A stretch of DNA of 64,000 nucleotides from Escherichia coli (lineage in GTDB: Bacteria > Pseudomonadota > Gammaproteobacteria > Enterobacterales > Enterobacteriaceae), in assembly GCF_016026235.1 (NCBI RefSeq), contig NZ_CP065613.1. One strand, written 5' to 3'. Position numbers and translations under genes: made by a program. The notes under the pieces were generated by a model, which did no database searches, had not been told where the DNA came from, and saw only the letters and a program-made list of their open reading frames with translations. Shown here piece after piece: positions 32,493 to 45,281 of this stretch; position 1 is the stretch's first letter, and each line of letters begins with the position of its first letter.

Positions 32493-33786
32493 CTGAGGAA
32501 TCCCCAGAAAACAAGACAGGCATAGTGAGATGTGATCTAATTGATTGTGCTAACAATTTCAAGGAGATCACCACTATGCCTGCACGTTCATTATGCCAAA
32601 ATTTCCTTAACAACATACTGGCCCCTTTGCATCTTTACCGTCAAAAATCACTGATTGACGCAACTAATGCTGTAATAAATGGCGCTTCCCTCACACTTAC
32701 CAGTATCGGGCGTCATTTAACCGGTACGGCATCAGTTAAAAACAAAATAAAGCGGGTGGATCGACTGTTGGGGAATCGACATTTGCAAAATGAGGTTTCC
32801 ACCATTTTTCAGCGAATTACCCAAAAGATTACGCGGGGAATGTCTCGTGTTGTGATACTCATTGACTGGAGTGCTTATCATGCCTCTCGTTTTCAGCTTT
32901 TGCGGGCAAGCCTGGCATGTGACGGGCGTTCTTTACCGTTGATGAGTTGTGTCGTTCCATCATCACAGACAGCGAATGCAGATGTACATGAGCGTTTTCT
33001 GGAATCGCTTGCTGAGTGCTTTTCCCCCGGGACTGATGTCATTGTTATTACAGATGCCGGTTTTCAGGGGCGATGGTTCCAACAGCTCCGCTCCCGTGGC
33101 TGGACCTATATTTGCCGGGTACTGGGCAATCATTATTACAATGTTGGTAATGGCTGGGAAAAGGTGTCGGACTCAGGCACAAAAGCATCAACGACAGCAA
33201 TTTATTTAGGTGAAGGCCTGCTGGGTCGAGATAAAAATGCACAACATGAAGGGCATTTTTATCTTTATAAAAGTAAGCCTAAAGGTCGTAGATTTAAACG
33301 CTCGAAGGAAAGAGCAACCAGACCATCGGTGACGGCTAAAGCTCGTACTGCCGGGAAATCACCATGGTTTATTTTCACAAACAGTACTGAGTTCTCGCCA
33401 AAACAGGTAATGAAATTATACAGCCGTAGAATGCAAATTGAGCAAAATTTCAGGGATGAAAAAAATCCTCGCTGGGGATTTGGACTACGGTTTGGTGCCA
33501 GTCATTCATCCGGGCGGGTCACGGTATTGAGTCTGATCGCAACATTAGCCAGTATCATTATGTGGTTAAGCGGTTTCAGTCTGGAAAACAAAGGGATACA
33601 TCATAAATATCAGGCAAATACAGTGAAGCACAGGCGAGTCATCTCGTTATTAAAACTGGCGGAGAATGTGATTCGACATTCTCCACTCATACTAAACACA
33701 CTGTCACTTGACGCAGGGCTGAAAGTTCTACAGCAACGGTATACCAATATGATAATGGTTTACTAAATTTTCTGGGGATCCCTCAG
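32493..33786 (+). mobile_element. IS10-like insertion sequence (IS4 family), copy 1, 1294 bp
   Basis: Imperfect terminal inverted repeats CTGAGGAATCCCCAGAAAAC / CTGAGGGATCCCCAGAAAAT; flanking direct repeat GGGTTTCCCC (32483-32492 and 33787-33796; 10-12 bp depending on end assignment); encodes an IS10-like DDE transposase. Confidence 0.9.
32525..33766 (+). CDS. IS4-family (IS10-like) DDE transposase
   Basis: 413 aa; recognisable similarity to the IS10 transposase (KRVDRLLGNRHL, YSRRMQIEQNFRDEKN, HKYQANTVKHR); alternative start at MPARSL (32576). Confidence 0.9.
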   Translation: MRCDLIDCANNFKEITTMPARSLCQNFLNNILAPLHLYRQKSLIDATNAVINGASLTLTSIGRHLTGTASVKNKIKRVDRLLGNRHLQNEVSTIFQRITQKITRGMSRVVILIDWSAYHASRFQLLRASLACDGRSLPLMSCVVPSSQTANADVHERFLESLAECFSPGTDVIVITDAGFQGRWFQQLRSRGWTYICRVLGNHYYNVGNGWEKVSDSGTKASTTAIYLGEGLLGRDKNAQHEGHFYLYKSKPKGRRFKRSKERATRPSVTAKARTAGKSPWFIFTNSTEFSPKQVMKLYSRRMQIEQNFRDEKNPRWGFGLRFGASHSSGRVTVLSLIATLASIIMWLSGFSLENKGIHHKYQANTVKHRRVISLLKLAENVIRHSPLILNTLSLDAGLKVLQQRYTNMIMVY

Positions 33787-33912
33787 GGGTTTCCCCCGCC
33801 CTGGTAGCCTTAGTAAGCTGGCCAGCTAATGACTAAGAGCACCACGATGATGAGTAGCTTCATCATGACCCTTTCCTTATTTATGGCCCCTTCCTCGGGA
33901 GGGGCTTTCCCG
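33787..33912 (+). ncRNA. sibB: SibB antisense sRNA, 3' portion; promoter and first ~25 nt are separated by the IS (5' fragment about 32465-32492)
   Basis: Second copy of the Sib repeat unit: promoter TTGACA(32435-32440)-17-TACTTT(32458-32463), then the IS, then the remainder antisense to ibsB, ending in a hairpin plus T tail near 33885-33912. Confidence 0.55.
33810..33866 (-). CDS. ibsB: Ibs-family type I toxin peptide (18 aa)
   Basis: Minus-strand ORF translates to MMKLLIIVVLLVISWPAY. Confidence 0.65.
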   Translation of the reverse strand: MMKLLIIVVLLVISWPAY

Positions 33913-34144
33913 TTTCAGCGTCCCGCTGAAATCGGCGGCTTACCTCCTTTCGCCATGCAAGCAGTCTATCGCTAACGCGTAGATAAAATAGTTTCCTGTG
34001 TTATTACTGGATGCGTGCTCGCAAATGTGCCCGTCATTCAGACGATTCCCGACAGTGTTTCATAATTCCTCCATTTTTCTCCCTTATTGGCTGGCTACAC
34101 TAGTATCATTCCGCGAAACGTTTCAGGAAGAGAAACTCTTAACG

Positions 34145-35392
34145 ATGAAAGGCAGTTATAAATCCCGTTGGGTAATCGTAATCGTGGTGGTTATCGCCGC
34201 CATCGCCGCATTCTGGTTCTGGCAAGGCCGCAATGACTCCCAGAGTGCAGCCCCAGGGGCGACGAAACAAGCGCAGCAATCGCCAGCGGGTGGTCGCCGT
34301 GGTATGCGTTCCGGCCCATTAGCCCCGGTTCAGGCGGCGACCGCCGTAGAACAGGCAGTTCCGCGTTACCTCACCGGGCTTGGCACCATTATCGCCGCTA
34401 ATACTGTTACGGTGCGCAGCCGCGTGGACGGTCAACTGATGGCGTTACATTTCCAGGAAGGCCAGCAGGTCAAAGCAGGCGATTTACTGGCAGAAATTGA
34501 CCCCAGCCAGTTCAAAGTTGCATTAGCACAAACCCAGGGCCAACTGGCAAAAGATAAAGCCACGCTTGCTAACGCCCGCCGTGATCTGGCGCGTTATCAG
34601 CAACTGGCAAAAACCAATCTCGTCTCCCGTCAGGAGCTGGATGCCCAACAGGCGCTGGTCAGTGAAACCGAAGGCACCATTAAGGCTGATGAAGCAAGCG
34701 TCGCCAGCGCGCAGTTGCAACTCGACTGGAGCCGCATCACCGCACCAGTCGATGGTCGCGTTGGTCTCAAGCAGGTTGATGTTGGTAACCAAATCTCCAG
34801 TGGTGATACCACCGGAATTGTGGTGATCACCCAGACGCATCCTATCGATTTAGTCTTTACCCTGCCGGAAAGCGATATCGCTACTGTAGTGCAGGCGCAA
34901 AAAGCCGGAAAACCGCTGGTGGTAGAAGCCTGGGATCGCACCAATTCGAAGAAATTAAGTGAAGGCACGCTGTTAAGCCTCGATAACCAAATCGATGCCA
35001 CAACCGGTACGATTAAAGTGAAAGCACGCTTTAATAATCAGGATGATGCGCTGTTTCCCAATCAGTTTGTTAACGCGCGCATGTTAGTCGACACCGAACA
35101 AAACGCCGTAGTGATCCCAACAGCCGCCCTGCAAATGGGCAATGAAGGCCATTTTGTCTGGGTGCTGAATAGCGAAAACAAGGTCAGCAAACATCTGGTG
35201 ACGCCGGGCATTCAGGACAGTCAGAAAGTGGTGATCCGTGCAGGTATTTCTGCGGGCGATCGCGTGGTGACAGACGGCATTGATCGCCTGACCGAAGGGG
35301 CGAAAGTGGAAGTGGTGGAAGCCCAGAGCGCCACCACTCCGGAAGAGAAAGCCACCAGCCGCGAATACGCGAAAAAAGGAGCACGCTCCTGA
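34145..35392 (+). CDS. mdtA: RND efflux membrane fusion protein
   Basis: ORF track 33998..35392; start trimmed to [16 protein letters not shown] (signal-anchor); periplasmic adaptor family. Confidence 0.9.
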   Translation: MKGSYKSRWVIVIVVVIAAIAAFWFWQGRNDSQSAAPGATKQAQQSPAGGRRGMRSGPLAPVQAATAVEQAVPRYLTGLGTIIAANTVTVRSRVDGQLMALHFQEGQQVKAGDLLAEIDPSQFKVALAQTQGQLAKDKATLANARRDLARYQQLAKTNLVSRQELDAQQALVSETEGTIKADEASVASAQLQLDWSRITAPVDGRVGLKQVDVGNQISSGDTTGIVVITQTHPIDLVFTLPESDIATVVQAQKAGKPLVVEAWDRTNSKKLSEGTLLSLDNQIDATTGTIKVKARFNNQDDALFPNQFVNARMLVDTEQNAVVIPTAALQMGNEGHFVWVLNSENKVSKHLVTPGIQDSQKVVIRAGISAGDRVVTDGIDRLTEGAKVEVVEAQSATTPEEKATSREYAKKGARS

Positions 35393-38300
35393 TGCAGGTG
35401 TTACCCCCGAGCAGCACAGGCGGCCCGTCGCGCCTGTTTATTATGCGTCCTGTCGCCACCACGCTGCTGATGGTGGCGATCTTACTCGCCGGGATTATCG
35501 GTTATCGCGCCCTGCCCGTTTCGGCGCTGCCGGAAGTGGACTATCCGACCATTCAGGTGGTCACGCTCTACCCAGGTGCCAGCCCGGATGTCATGACCTC
35601 TGCCGTTACCGCGCCGCTCGAACGCCAGTTCGGGCAGATGTCTGGCCTGAAACAGATGTCGTCGCAAAGTTCCGGCGGTGCGTCAGTTATCACTTTGCAG
35701 TTCCAGCTAACATTACCGCTCGATGTCGCCGAGCAGGAAGTGCAGGCCGCGATTAACGCTGCGACCAACTTGTTGCCGAGCGATCTGCCTAACCCGCCGG
35801 TTTACAGCAAAGTGAACCCGGCAGATCCGCCGATCATGACGCTCGCCGTCACCTCAACCGCCATGCCGATGACGCAAGTGGAAGATATGGTGGAAACCCG
35901 CGTCGCGCAGAAAATCTCGCAGATTTCCGGCGTCGGCCTGGTGACGCTTTCCGGCGGTCAGCGTCCGGCTGTTCGCGTCAAACTTAACGCTCAGGCGATT
36001 GCCGCCCTCGGCCTGACCAGCGAAACCGTGCGCACCGCCATTACCGGCGCTAACGTTAACTCGGCAAAAGGTAGCCTCGACGGCCCTTCCCGTGCGGTCA
36101 CGCTTTCCGCGAACGACCAGATGCAATCCGCCGAAGAGTATCGCCAGCTAATCATCGCCTACCAGAACGGCGCGCCAATTCGTCTGGGCGATGTCGCAAC
36201 TGTAGAGCAAGGTGCAGAAAACAGCTGGCTCGGCGCGTGGGCGAACAAAGAACAGGCCATTGTGATGAATGTTCAGCGCCAGCCCGGTGCTAACATTATC
36301 TCCACCGCCGACAGCATTCGGCAGATGCAGCCACAGCTCACTGAGAGTCTGCCGAAATCGGTGAAGGTGACAGTGCTTTCCGATCGCACCACCAATATCC
36401 GCGCATCCGTCGATGATACTCAGTTTGAATTGATGATGGCTATCGCGCTGGTAGTCATGATTATCTACCTGTTTTTGCGCAATATTCCGGCGACCATCAT
36501 TCCCGGTGTTGCTGTACCGCTGTCGTTAATCGGCACTTTCGCGGTTATGGTGTTTCTCGATTTTTCAATCAATAACCTGACACTGATGGCGTTAACTATC
36601 GCCACCGGATTCGTGGTCGATGACGCCATCGTGGTGATCGAAAACATTTCCCGCTATATCGAAAAAGGCGAAAAACCGTTGGCGGCGGCGCTCAAGGGCG
36701 CAGGTGAAATCGGCTTTACCATTATCTCGCTGACCTTCTCACTGATTGCGGTGTTGATCCCACTGCTGTTTATGGGCGATATCGTCGGGCGACTGTTCCG
36801 CGAATTTGCTATTACCCTGGCGGTAGCGATTTTGATCTCAGCGGTGGTGTCGCTGACCCTGACACCGATGATGTGCGCGCGGATGCTCAGCCAGGAGTCG
36901 TTGCGTAAACAGAACCGCTTCTCCCGTGCCTCGGAAAAAATGTTCGACAGGATAATCGCCGCCTATGGTCGTGGACTGGCGAAAGTGCTGAATCATCCGT
37001 GGCTGACCTTAAGCGTGGCACTCAGCACGCTGCTGCTTAGCGTGCTGCTGTGGGTGTTCATTCCGAAAGGTTTCTTCCCGGTACAGGACAATGGCATTAT
37101 TCAGGGCACTTTGCAGGCACCGCAATCCAGCTCCTTTGCCAATATGGCCCAGCGACAACGCCAGGTCGCGGACGTGATTTTGCAGGATCCGGCAGTGCAA
37201 AGCCTGACCTCATTTGTTGGCGTTGATGGCACTAACCCGTCGCTGAATAGTGCACGTTTACAAATCAACCTCAAACCGTTGGATGAACGTGATGATCGGG
37301 TGCAAAAAGTCATCGCCCGTCTGCAAACGGCGGTAGATAAAGTGCCGGGCGTCGATCTCTTCCTGCAACCAACGCAGGATCTGACTATTGATACTCAGGT
37401 CAGCCGCACCCAGTACCAGTTTACCTTGCAGGCCACCTCACTGGATGCGCTCAGTACCTGGGTGCCACAGTTGATGGAAAAACTCCAGCAACTGCCACAG
37501 CTTTCTGATGTCTCCAGCGACTGGCAGGACAAAGGGCTGGTGGCGTATGTCAATGTTGATCGCGACAGCGCCAGCCGTCTGGGGATCAGCATGGCGGATG
37601 TCGATAACGCCCTGTACAACGCGTTTGGTCAGCGACTGATTTCCACTATTTATACTCAGGCTAACCAGTATCGCGTGGTGCTGGAGCACAACACCGAAAT
37701 TACCCCGGGCCTCGCGGCGCTGGATACCATTCGCCTGACCAGTAGCGACGGCGGCGTGGTGCAGTTAAGCTCAATTGCCAAAGTTGAACAGCGTTTTGCG
37801 CCGCTTTCCATCAACCATCTGGATCAGTTCCCGGTAACGACCATCTCCTTTAACGTGCCGGATAACTATTCGCTGGGCGATGCGGTGCAGGCGATTATGG
37901 ACACCGAAAAGACGCTGAATCTGCCGGTGGATATCACCACGCAGTTCCAGGGCAGCACCCTCGCCTTCCAGTCGGCGCTGGGCAGCACTGTCTGGCTGAT
38001 TGTCGCGGCGGTGGTGGCGATGTATATCGTGCTCGGCATTCTGTACGAGAGCTTTATTCACCCGATCACCATTCTCTCGACGCTACCCACCGCAGGAGTC
38101 GGCGCACTGCTGGCGTTAATGATTGCCGGTAGCGAACTGGATGTGATTGCGATTATCGGCATTATTTTGCTGATCGGTATCGTGAAGAAGAACGCCATCA
38201 TGATGATCGACTTCGCGCTGGCTGCTGAGCGCGAGCAAGGCATGTCGCCGCGCGATGCCATCTACCAGGCTTGTCTGTTGCGTTTTCGTCCGATCCTGAT

Positions 38301-38514
38301 GACCACTCTGGCGGCTCTGCTTGGCGCGCTGCCGCTGATGTTGAGTACCGGGGTCGGCGCGGAACTGCGTCGTCCGTTAGGTATCGGCATGGTCGGCGGC
38401 CTGATTGTCAGCCAGGTGCTGACGCTGTTTACCACGCCGGTGATTTATCTGCTGTTCGACCGCCTGGCATTGTGGACCAAAAGTCGCTTTGCTCGCCATG
38501 AAGAGGAGGCGTAA
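35392..38514 (+). CDS. mdtB: RND multidrug efflux transporter subunit
   Basis: 1040 aa; 12-TM RND permease; start overlaps the mdtA stop (TGATG). Confidence 0.93.
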   Translation: MQVLPPSSTGGPSRLFIMRPVATTLLMVAILLAGIIGYRALPVSALPEVDYPTIQVVTLYPGASPDVMTSAVTAPLERQFGQMSGLKQMSSQSSGGASVITLQFQLTLPLDVAEQEVQAAINAATNLLPSDLPNPPVYSKVNPADPPIMTLAVTSTAMPMTQVEDMVETRVAQKISQISGVGLVTLSGGQRPAVRVKLNAQAIAALGLTSETVRTAITGANVNSAKGSLDGPSRAVTLSANDQMQSAEEYRQLIIAYQNGAPIRLGDVATVEQGAENSWLGAWANKEQAIVMNVQRQPGANIISTADSIRQMQPQLTESLPKSVKVTVLSDRTTNIRASVDDTQFELMMAIALVVMIIYLFLRNIPATIIPGVAVPLSLIGTFAVMVFLDFSINNLTLMALTIATGFVVDDAIVVIENISRYIEKGEKPLAAALKGAGEIGFTIISLTFSLIAVLIPLLFMGDIVGRLFREFAITLAVAILISAVVSLTLTPMMCARMLSQESLRKQNRFSRASEKMFDRIIAAYGRGLAKVLNHPWLTLSVALSTLLLSVLLWVFIPKGFFPVQDNGIIQGTLQAPQSSSFANMAQRQRQVADVILQDPAVQSLTSFVGVDGTNPSLNSARLQINLKPLDERDDRVQKVIARLQTAVDKVPGVDLFLQPTQDLTIDTQVSRTQYQFTLQATSLDALSTWVPQLMEKLQQLPQLSDVSSDWQDKGLVAYVNVDRDSASRLGISMADVDNALYNAFGQRLISTIYTQANQYRVVLEHNTEITPGLAALDTIRLTSSDGGVVQLSSIAKVEQRFAPLSINHLDQFPVTTISFNVPDNYSLGDAVQAIMDTEKTLNLPVDITTQFQGSTLAFQSALGSTVWLIVAAVVAMYIVLGILYESFIHPITILSTLPTAGVGALLALMIAGSELDVIAIIGIILLIGIVKKNAIMMIDFALAAEREQGMSPRDAIYQACLLRFRPILMTTLAALLGALPLMLSTGVGAELRRPLGIGMVGGLIVSQVLTLFTTPVIYLLFDRLALWTKSRFARHEEEA

Positions 38515-41500
38515 GTGAAGTTTTTTGCCCTCTTCATTTACCGTCCGGTGGCGACGATTTTACTGTCGGTTGCCATTACCCTGTGCGGCATACTGGGCTT
38601 CCGTATGCTGCCGGTCGCCCCGCTGCCGCAGGTCGATTTTCCGGTGATTATGGTCAGCGCCTCGCTGCCCGGTGCGTCACCAGAAACAATGGCGTCTTCC
38701 GTTGCCACGCCGCTGGAGCGCTCACTTGGGCGCATTGCCGGAGTCAGTGAAATGACCTCCAGCAGTTCGCTCGGCAGCACGCGTATTATTTTGCAGTTTG
38801 ATTTTGACCGGGATATCAACGGCGCGGCGCGCGATGTGCAGGCGGCGATCAACGCTGCACAAAGTTTGCTGCCCAGCGGGATGCCCAGCCGTCCGACCTA
38901 TCGCAAAGCTAACCCGTCGGATGCGCCAATTATGATCCTCACGCTGACATCCGATACTTATTCGCAGGGTGAACTGTACGATTTCGCCTCGACGCAGCTG
39001 GCTCCGACGATTTCGCAAATCGACGGTGTTGGTGATGTCGATGTCGGCGGCAGCTCACTGCCCGCCGTACGCGTCGGGCTGAATCCGCAGGCGCTGTTTA
39101 ATCAGGGCGTCTCGCTGGACGACGTACGCACTGCCATCAGCAATGCCAACGTGCGTAAACCGCAGGGGGCGCTGGAAGATGGCACTCACCGCTGGCAGAT
39201 CCAGACCAATGATGAGCTAAAAACCGCCGCCGAATATCAGCCGCTGATTATTCATTACAACAACGGCGGCGCGGTTCGTCTGGGCGATGTGGCGACAGTG
39301 ACCGACTCTGTACAGGATGTACGTAACGCCGGGATGACCAATGCCAAACCGGCTATTTTGCTGATGATCCGCAAGCTGCCGGAAGCCAATATTATCCAGA
39401 CGGTTGACAGCATCCGGGCAAAATTACCGGAGTTGCAGGAAACCATTCCGGCGGCGATTGATCTGCAAATTGCCCAGGATCGCTCCCCCACCATTCGCGC
39501 CTCGCTGGAAGAAGTCGAGCAAACGCTGATTATCTCGGTGGCGCTGGTGATTCTGGTGGTGTTTTTATTCCTGCGCTCGGGTCGCGCCACTATTATTCCC
39601 GCCGTTTCGGTGCCGGTTTCGCTGATTGGTACGTTTGCGGCGATGTACCTGTGCGGATTCAGTCTCAATAACCTTTCGTTAATGGCGCTCACCATCGCTA
39701 CTGGTTTCGTGGTGGATGACGCCATCGTGGTGCTGGAAAACATTGCCCGTCATCTGGAAGCGGGAATGAAACCGTTGCAAGCCGCACTGCAAGGTACTCG
39801 CGAAGTCGGTTTTACGGTGCTGTCGATGAGTCTGTCACTGGTGGCGGTGTTCCTGCCGCTGCTGTTGATGGGCGGATTGCCGGGCCGACTGTTACGCGAG
39901 TTTGCCGTGACGCTTTCTGTCGCCATTGGTATTTCGTTGCTGGTTTCCCTGACGCTAACGCCAATGATGTGCGGCTGGATGCTAAAAGCCAGCAAGCCGC
40001 GTGAGCAAAAGCGACTGCGTGGTTTTGGTCGCATGTTGGTTGCCCTGCAACAAGGCTACGGCAAGTCACTGAAATGGGTGCTCAATCATACCCGTCTGGT
40101 GGGCGTAGTGCTGCTTGGCACCATTGCGCTGAATATCTGGCTATATATCTCGATCCCGAAAACCTTCTTCCCGGAGCAGGACACTGGCGTGTTGATGGGC
40201 GGGATTCAGGCGGATCAGAGTATTTCGTTTCAGGCGATGCGCGGTAAGTTGCAGGATTTCATGAAAATTATCCGTGACGATCCGGCAGTGGATAATGTCA
40301 CCGGCTTTACAGGCGGTTCGCGAGTGAACAGCGGGATGATGTTTATCACCCTCAAGCCACGCGACGAACGCAGCGAAACGGCGCAGCAAATTATCGACCG
40401 TCTGCGCGTAAAACTGGCGAAAGAACCGGGGGCGAATCTGTTCCTGATGGCGGTACAGGATATTCGCGTTGGTGGGCGTCAGTCGAACGCCAGCTACCAG
40501 TACACGTTGTTATCCGACGACCTGGCGGCACTGCGAGAATGGGAGCCGAAAATCCGCAAAAAACTGGCGACGTTGCCGGAACTGGCGGACGTGAACTCCG
40601 ATCAGCAGGATAACGGCGCGGAGATGAATCTGGTTTACGACCGCGACACCATGGCACGGCTGGGAATCGACGTACAAGCCGCCAACAGTCTGTTAAATAA
40701 CGCCTTCGGTCAGCGGCAAATCTCGACCATTTACCAGCCGATGAACCAGTATAAAGTGGTGATGGAAGTGGATCCGCGCTATACCCAGGACATCAGTGCG
40801 CTGGAAAAAATGTTCGTTATCAATAACGAAGGCAAAGCGATCCCGCTGTCGTATTTCGCTAAATGGCAACCGGCGAATGCCCCACTATCGGTGAATCATC
40901 AGGGATTATCGGCGGCCTCGACCATTTCGTTTAACCTGCCGACCGGAAAATCGCTCTCGGACGCCAGTGCGGCGATCGATCGCGCAATGACCCAGCTTGG
41001 GGTGCCTTCGACGGTGCGCGGCAGTTTTGCCGGCACGGCGCAGGTGTTCCAGGAGACGATGAACTCGCAGGTGATCCTGATTATCGCCGCCATCGCCACG
41101 GTGTATATCGTGCTGGGTATCCTTTACGAGAGTTACGTACATCCGCTGACGATTCTCTCCACCCTGCCCTCGGCGGGCGTTGGAGCGCTGTTGGCGCTGG
41201 AGCTGTTCAATGCCCCGTTCAGCCTAATCGCCCTGATAGGGATCATGCTATTAATCGGCATCGTGAAGAAAAACGCCATTATGATGGTCGATTTTGCGCT
41301 TGAAGCCCAACGGCACGGTAACCTGACGCCGCAGGAAGCTATTTTCCAGGCCTGTCTGCTGCGTTTTCGCCCGATTATGATGACCACCCTGGCGGCGCTG
41401 TTTGGTGCGCTGCCGCTGGTATTGTCGGGCGGCGACGGCTCGGAGCTGCGGCAACCCCTGGGGATCACCATTGTCGGCGGACTGGTAATGAGCCAGCTCC

Positions 41501-41592
41501 TTACGCTGTATACCACGCCGGTGGTGTATCTCTTTTTCGACCGTCTGCGGCTGCGTTTTTCGCGTAAACCTAAACAAACGGTAACCGAGTAA
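38515..41592 (+). CDS. mdtC: RND multidrug efflux transporter subunit
   Basis: 1025 aa; paralogous to mdtB; GTG start immediately after the mdtB stop. Confidence 0.93.
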   Translation: MKFFALFIYRPVATILLSVAITLCGILGFRMLPVAPLPQVDFPVIMVSASLPGASPETMASSVATPLERSLGRIAGVSEMTSSSSLGSTRIILQFDFDRDINGAARDVQAAINAAQSLLPSGMPSRPTYRKANPSDAPIMILTLTSDTYSQGELYDFASTQLAPTISQIDGVGDVDVGGSSLPAVRVGLNPQALFNQGVSLDDVRTAISNANVRKPQGALEDGTHRWQIQTNDELKTAAEYQPLIIHYNNGGAVRLGDVATVTDSVQDVRNAGMTNAKPAILLMIRKLPEANIIQTVDSIRAKLPELQETIPAAIDLQIAQDRSPTIRASLEEVEQTLIISVALVILVVFLFLRSGRATIIPAVSVPVSLIGTFAAMYLCGFSLNNLSLMALTIATGFVVDDAIVVLENIARHLEAGMKPLQAALQGTREVGFTVLSMSLSLVAVFLPLLLMGGLPGRLLREFAVTLSVAIGISLLVSLTLTPMMCGWMLKASKPREQKRLRGFGRMLVALQQGYGKSLKWVLNHTRLVGVVLLGTIALNIWLYISIPKTFFPEQDTGVLMGGIQADQSISFQAMRGKLQDFMKIIRDDPAVDNVTGFTGGSRVNSGMMFITLKPRDERSETAQQIIDRLRVKLAKEPGANLFLMAVQDIRVGGRQSNASYQYTLLSDDLAALREWEPKIRKKLATLPELADVNSDQQDNGAEMNLVYDRDTMARLGIDVQAANSLLNNAFGQRQISTIYQPMNQYKVVMEVDPRYTQDISALEKMFVINNEGKAIPLSYFAKWQPANAPLSVNHQGLSAASTISFNLPTGKSLSDASAAIDRAMTQLGVPSTVRGSFAGTAQVFQETMNSQVILIIAAIATVYIVLGILYESYVHPLTILSTLPSAGVGALLALELFNAPFSLIALIGIMLLIGIVKKNAIMMVDFALEAQRHGNLTPQEAIFQACLLRFRPIMMTTLAALFGALPLVLSGGDGSELRQPLGITIVGGLVMSQLLTLYTTPVVYLFFDRLRLRFSRKPKQTVTE

Positions 41593-43008
41593 ATGACAGA
41601 TCTTCCCGACAGCACCCGTTGGCAATTGTGGATTGTGGCTTTCGGCTTCTTTATGCAGTCGCTGGACACCACCATCGTAAACACCGCCCTTCCCTCAATG
41701 GCGCAAAGCCTCGGGGAAAGTCCGTTGCATATGCACATGGTCATTGTCTCTTATGTGCTGACCGTGGCGGTGATGCTGCCCGCCAGCGGCTGGCTGGCGG
41801 ACAAAGTCGGCGTGCGCAATATTTTCTTTACCGCCATCGTGCTGTTTACTCTCGGTTCACTGTTTTGCGCGCTTTCCGGCACGCTGAACGAACTGTTGCT
41901 GGCACGCGCGTTACAGGGCGTTGGCGGCGCGATGATGGTGCCGGTCGGCAGATTGACGGTGATGAAAATCGTACCGCGCGAGCAATATATGGCGGCGATG
42001 ACCTTTGTCACGTTACCCGGTCAGGTCGGTCCGCTGCTCGGTCCGGCGCTCGGCGGTCTGCTGGTGGAGTACGCGTCGTGGCACTGGATCTTTTTGATCA
42101 ACATTCCGGTGGGGATTATCGGTGCGATCGCCACATTGCTGTTAATGCCGAACTACACCATGCAGACGCGGCGCTTTGATCTCTCCGGATTTTTATTGCT
42201 GGCGGTTGGCATGGCGGTATTAACCCTGGCGCTGGACGGCAGTAAAGGTACAGGTTTATCGCCGCTGACGATTGCAGGCCTGGTCGCAGTTGGCGTGGTG
42301 GCACTGGTGCTTTATCTGCTGCACGCCAGAAATAACCACCGCGCTCTTTTCAGTCTGAAACTGTTCCGCACTCGTACCTTTTCGCTGGGCCTGGCGGGGA
42401 GCTTTGCCGGACGTATTGGCAGTGGCATGTTGCCCTTTATGACACCGGTTTTCCTGCAAATTGGCCTCGGTTTCTCGCCTTTTCATGCCGGACTGATGAT
42501 GATCCCGATGGTGCTCGGCAGCATGGGGATGAAGCGAATTGTGGTACAGGTGGTGAATCGCTTTGGCTATCGTCGGGTACTGGTGGCAACCACGCTTGGC
42601 CTGTCGCTGGTCACCCTGTTGTTTATGACTACCGCCCTGCTGGGCTGGTACTACGTTTTGCCGTTCGTCCTGTTTTTACAAGGGATGGTCAACTCGACGC
42701 GTTTCTCCTCCATGAACACCCTGACGCTGAAAGATCTCCCGGACAATCTGGCGAGCAGCGGCAACAGCCTACTGTCGATGATTATGCAATTGTCGATGAG
42801 TATCGGCGTCACTATCGCCGGGCTGTTGCTGGGACTTTTTGGTTCACAGCATGTCAGCGTCGACAGCGGCACCACACAAACCGTCTTTATGTACACCTGG
42901 CTTAGCATGGCGTTGATCATCGCCCTTCCGGCGTTCATCTTTGCCAGAGTGCCGAACGATACGCATCAAAATGTAGCTATTTCGCGGCGAAAAAGGAGCG
43001 CGCAATGA
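41593..43008 (+). CDS. mdtD: MFS transporter
   Basis: 471 aa; 14-TM MFS-like protein. Confidence 0.9.
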   Translation: MTDLPDSTRWQLWIVAFGFFMQSLDTTIVNTALPSMAQSLGESPLHMHMVIVSYVLTVAVMLPASGWLADKVGVRNIFFTAIVLFTLGSLFCALSGTLNELLLARALQGVGGAMMVPVGRLTVMKIVPREQYMAAMTFVTLPGQVGPLLGPALGGLLVEYASWHWIFLINIPVGIIGAIATLLLMPNYTMQTRRFDLSGFLLLAVGMAVLTLALDGSKGTGLSPLTIAGLVAVGVVALVLYLLHARNNHRALFSLKLFRTRTFSLGLAGSFAGRIGSGMLPFMTPVFLQIGLGFSPFHAGLMMIPMVLGSMGMKRIVVQVVNRFGYRRVLVATTLGLSLVTLLFMTTALLGWYYVLPFVLFLQGMVNSTRFSSMNTLTLKDLPDNLASSGNSLLSMIMQLSMSIGVTIAGLLLGLFGSQHVSVDSGTTQTVFMYTWLSMALIIALPAFIFARVPNDTHQNVAISRRKRSAQ

Positions 43009-44408
43009 AGTTCTGGCGACCCGGTATTACCGGCAAACTGTTTCTGGCGATTTTCGCCACCTGCATTGTCTTGCTGATCAGTATGCACTGGGCGGTGCGT
43101 ATCAGTTTTGAGCGTGGCTTTATTGATTACATCAAGCATGGTAATGAACAGCGATTACAACTGTTAAGTGATGCGCTTGGCGAGCAGTATGCGCAGCATG
43201 GCAACTGGCGCTTCCTGCGCAACAATGATCGCTTTGTCTTTCAGATCCTGCGTTCATTTGAACACGATAATTCGGAAGATAAACCCGGCCCGGGTATGCC
43301 ACCGCACGGCTGGCGTACCCAGTTCTGGGTGGTTGATCAAAACAACAAAGTGCTGGTTGGTCCGCGAGCGCCGATTCCACCTGACGGTACACGGCGACCC
43401 ATTCTGGTCAACGGTGCGGAAGTTGGCGCGGTGATCGCCTCCCCCGTTGAGCGGTTAACGCGCAATACTGATATCAATTTCGATAAACAACAGCGGCAAA
43501 CCAGCTGGTTGATTGTCGCCCTGGCAACGTTACTCGCGGCACTTGCCACTTTTCTGCTGGCGCGCGGTTTACTGGCACCGGTAAAACGACTTGTCGATGG
43601 CACGCACAAACTGGCGGCGGGCGATTTCACTACCCGCGTAACGCCCACCAGTGAAGATGAACTGGGCAAACTGGCGCAAGACTTCAACCAGCTTGCCAGC
43701 ACACTGGAGAAAAACCAGCAAATGCGGCGCGATTTTATGGCCGATATTTCTCACGAACTGCGTACGCCATTAGCGGTGCTGCGCGGTGAACTGGAAGCCA
43801 TTCAGGATGGCGTGCGTAAATTCACGCCGGAGACGGTGGCGTCTTTACAGGCGGAGGTCGGTACACTGACCAAACTGGTTGACGATCTCCATCAGTTGTC
43901 GATGTCTGATGAAGGCGCTCTCGCCTATCAAAAAGCACCGGTAGATTTGATCCCACTGCTGGAAGTGGCGGGCGGCGCATTTCGCGAACGATTCGCCAGT
44001 CGTGGCCTGAAACTGCAATTTTCCCTGCCAGACAGTATTACCGTATTTGGCGATCGCGACCGTTTAATGCAGTTATTCAATAACTTACTTGAAAACAGCC
44101 TGCGCTATACTGACAGCGGCGGCAGCCTGCAAATCTCTGCCGGGCAGCGCGACAAAACGGTGCGCCTGACCTTTGCCGACAGTGCGCCAGGTGTCAGTGA
44201 CGATCAGCTACAAAAATTGTTTGAACGTTTTTATCGCACCGAAGGTTCCCGCAACCGTGCCAGCGGCGGTTCCGGGCTGGGGCTGGCGATTTGCCTGAAC
44301 ATTGTTGAAGCACATAATGGTCGCATTATTGCTGCCCATTCGCCTTTTGGCGGGGTAAGCATTACAGTAGAGTTACCGCTGGAACGGGATTTACAGAGAG
44401 AAGTATGA
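43005..44408 (+). CDS. baeS: Envelope-stress sensor histidine kinase
   Basis: 467 aa; two TM segments, HAMP, H-box [12 protein letters not shown], ATPase G-box GGSGLGLAI. Confidence 0.93.
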   Translation: MKFWRPGITGKLFLAIFATCIVLLISMHWAVRISFERGFIDYIKHGNEQRLQLLSDALGEQYAQHGNWRFLRNNDRFVFQILRSFEHDNSEDKPGPGMPPHGWRTQFWVVDQNNKVLVGPRAPIPPDGTRRPILVNGAEVGAVIASPVERLTRNTDINFDKQQRQTSWLIVALATLLAALATFLLARGLLAPVKRLVDGTHKLAAGDFTTRVTPTSEDELGKLAQDFNQLASTLEKNQQMRRDFMADISHELRTPLAVLRGELEAIQDGVRKFTPETVASLQAEVGTLTKLVDDLHQLSMSDEGALAYQKAPVDLIPLLEVAGGAFRERFASRGLKLQFSLPDSITVFGDRDRLMQLFNNLLENSLRYTDSGGSLQISAGQRDKTVRLTFADSAPGVSDDQLQKLFERFYRTEGSRNRASGGSGLGLAICLNIVEAHNGRIIAAHSPFGGVSITVELPLERDLQREV

Positions 44409-45127
44409 CCGAGTTACCAATCGACGAAAACACACCGCGTATTTTGATCGTGGAAGATGAACCGAAGCTGGGGCAGTTGCTCATTGATTATCTGCGTGCT
44501 GCGAGCTATGCGCCGACGCTTATCAGCCACGGCGATCAGGTACTGCCGTATGTGCGCCAGACACCACCGGATCTGATCCTGTTAGATCTGATGCTCCCTG
44601 GCACCGATGGCCTGACGCTGTGCCGGGAAATTCGTCGTTTTTCTGACATTCCGATCGTGATGGTGACGGCAAAAATCGAAGAGATCGATCGCCTGCTGGG
44701 GCTGGAGATTGGCGCAGATGACTACATCTGCAAGCCGTACAGCCCACGGGAAGTGGTAGCGCGCGTCAAAACCATTTTGCGCCGTTGCAAACCGCAGCGC
44801 GAGTTGCAGCAACAGGATGCTGAAAGCCCGTTGATTATCGACGAAGGTCGTTTTCAGGCTTCATGGCGCGGTAAAATGCTTGACCTGACGCCTGCGGAAT
44901 TTCGTCTGCTGAAAACGCTCTCTCATGAACCAGGAAAAGTGTTCTCCCGCGAGCATTTGCTCAATCATCTTTATGACGACTACCGCGTAGTAACCGACCG
45001 CACCATCGACAGCCACATTAAAAACCTGCGCCGCAAGCTGGAATCTCTCGACGCCGAACAGTCATTTATCCGCGCCGTTTACGGCGTCGGTTACCGCTGG
45101 GAAGCCGACGCCTGCCGCATCGTTTAG
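44405..45127 (+). CDS. baeR: OmpR-family response regulator
   Basis: 240 aa; receiver motif [11 protein letters not shown] and winged-helix C-terminus. Confidence 0.93.
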   Translation: MTELPIDENTPRILIVEDEPKLGQLLIDYLRAASYAPTLISHGDQVLPYVRQTPPDLILLDLMLPGTDGLTLCREIRRFSDIPIVMVTAKIEEIDRLLGLEIGADDYICKPYSPREVVARVKTILRRCKPQRELQQQDAESPLIIDEGRFQASWRGKMLDLTPAEFRLLKTLSHEPGKVFSREHLLNHLYDDYRVVTDRTIDSHIKNLRRKLESLDAEQSFIRAVYGVGYRWEADACRIV

Positions 45128-45281
45128 TTTTAGCGACATTATTTTGTTAGCCGGAGATGGCGTTCAGACCCGATCCGGCCACATTATCCCACGCATGGTC
45201 AGCAAACTGACATTATCTCTCCGCCCTGGCAGGCATCAGAAAATCGCTCATACTTTAATCGGTAAACAGCACCTTTAGATG

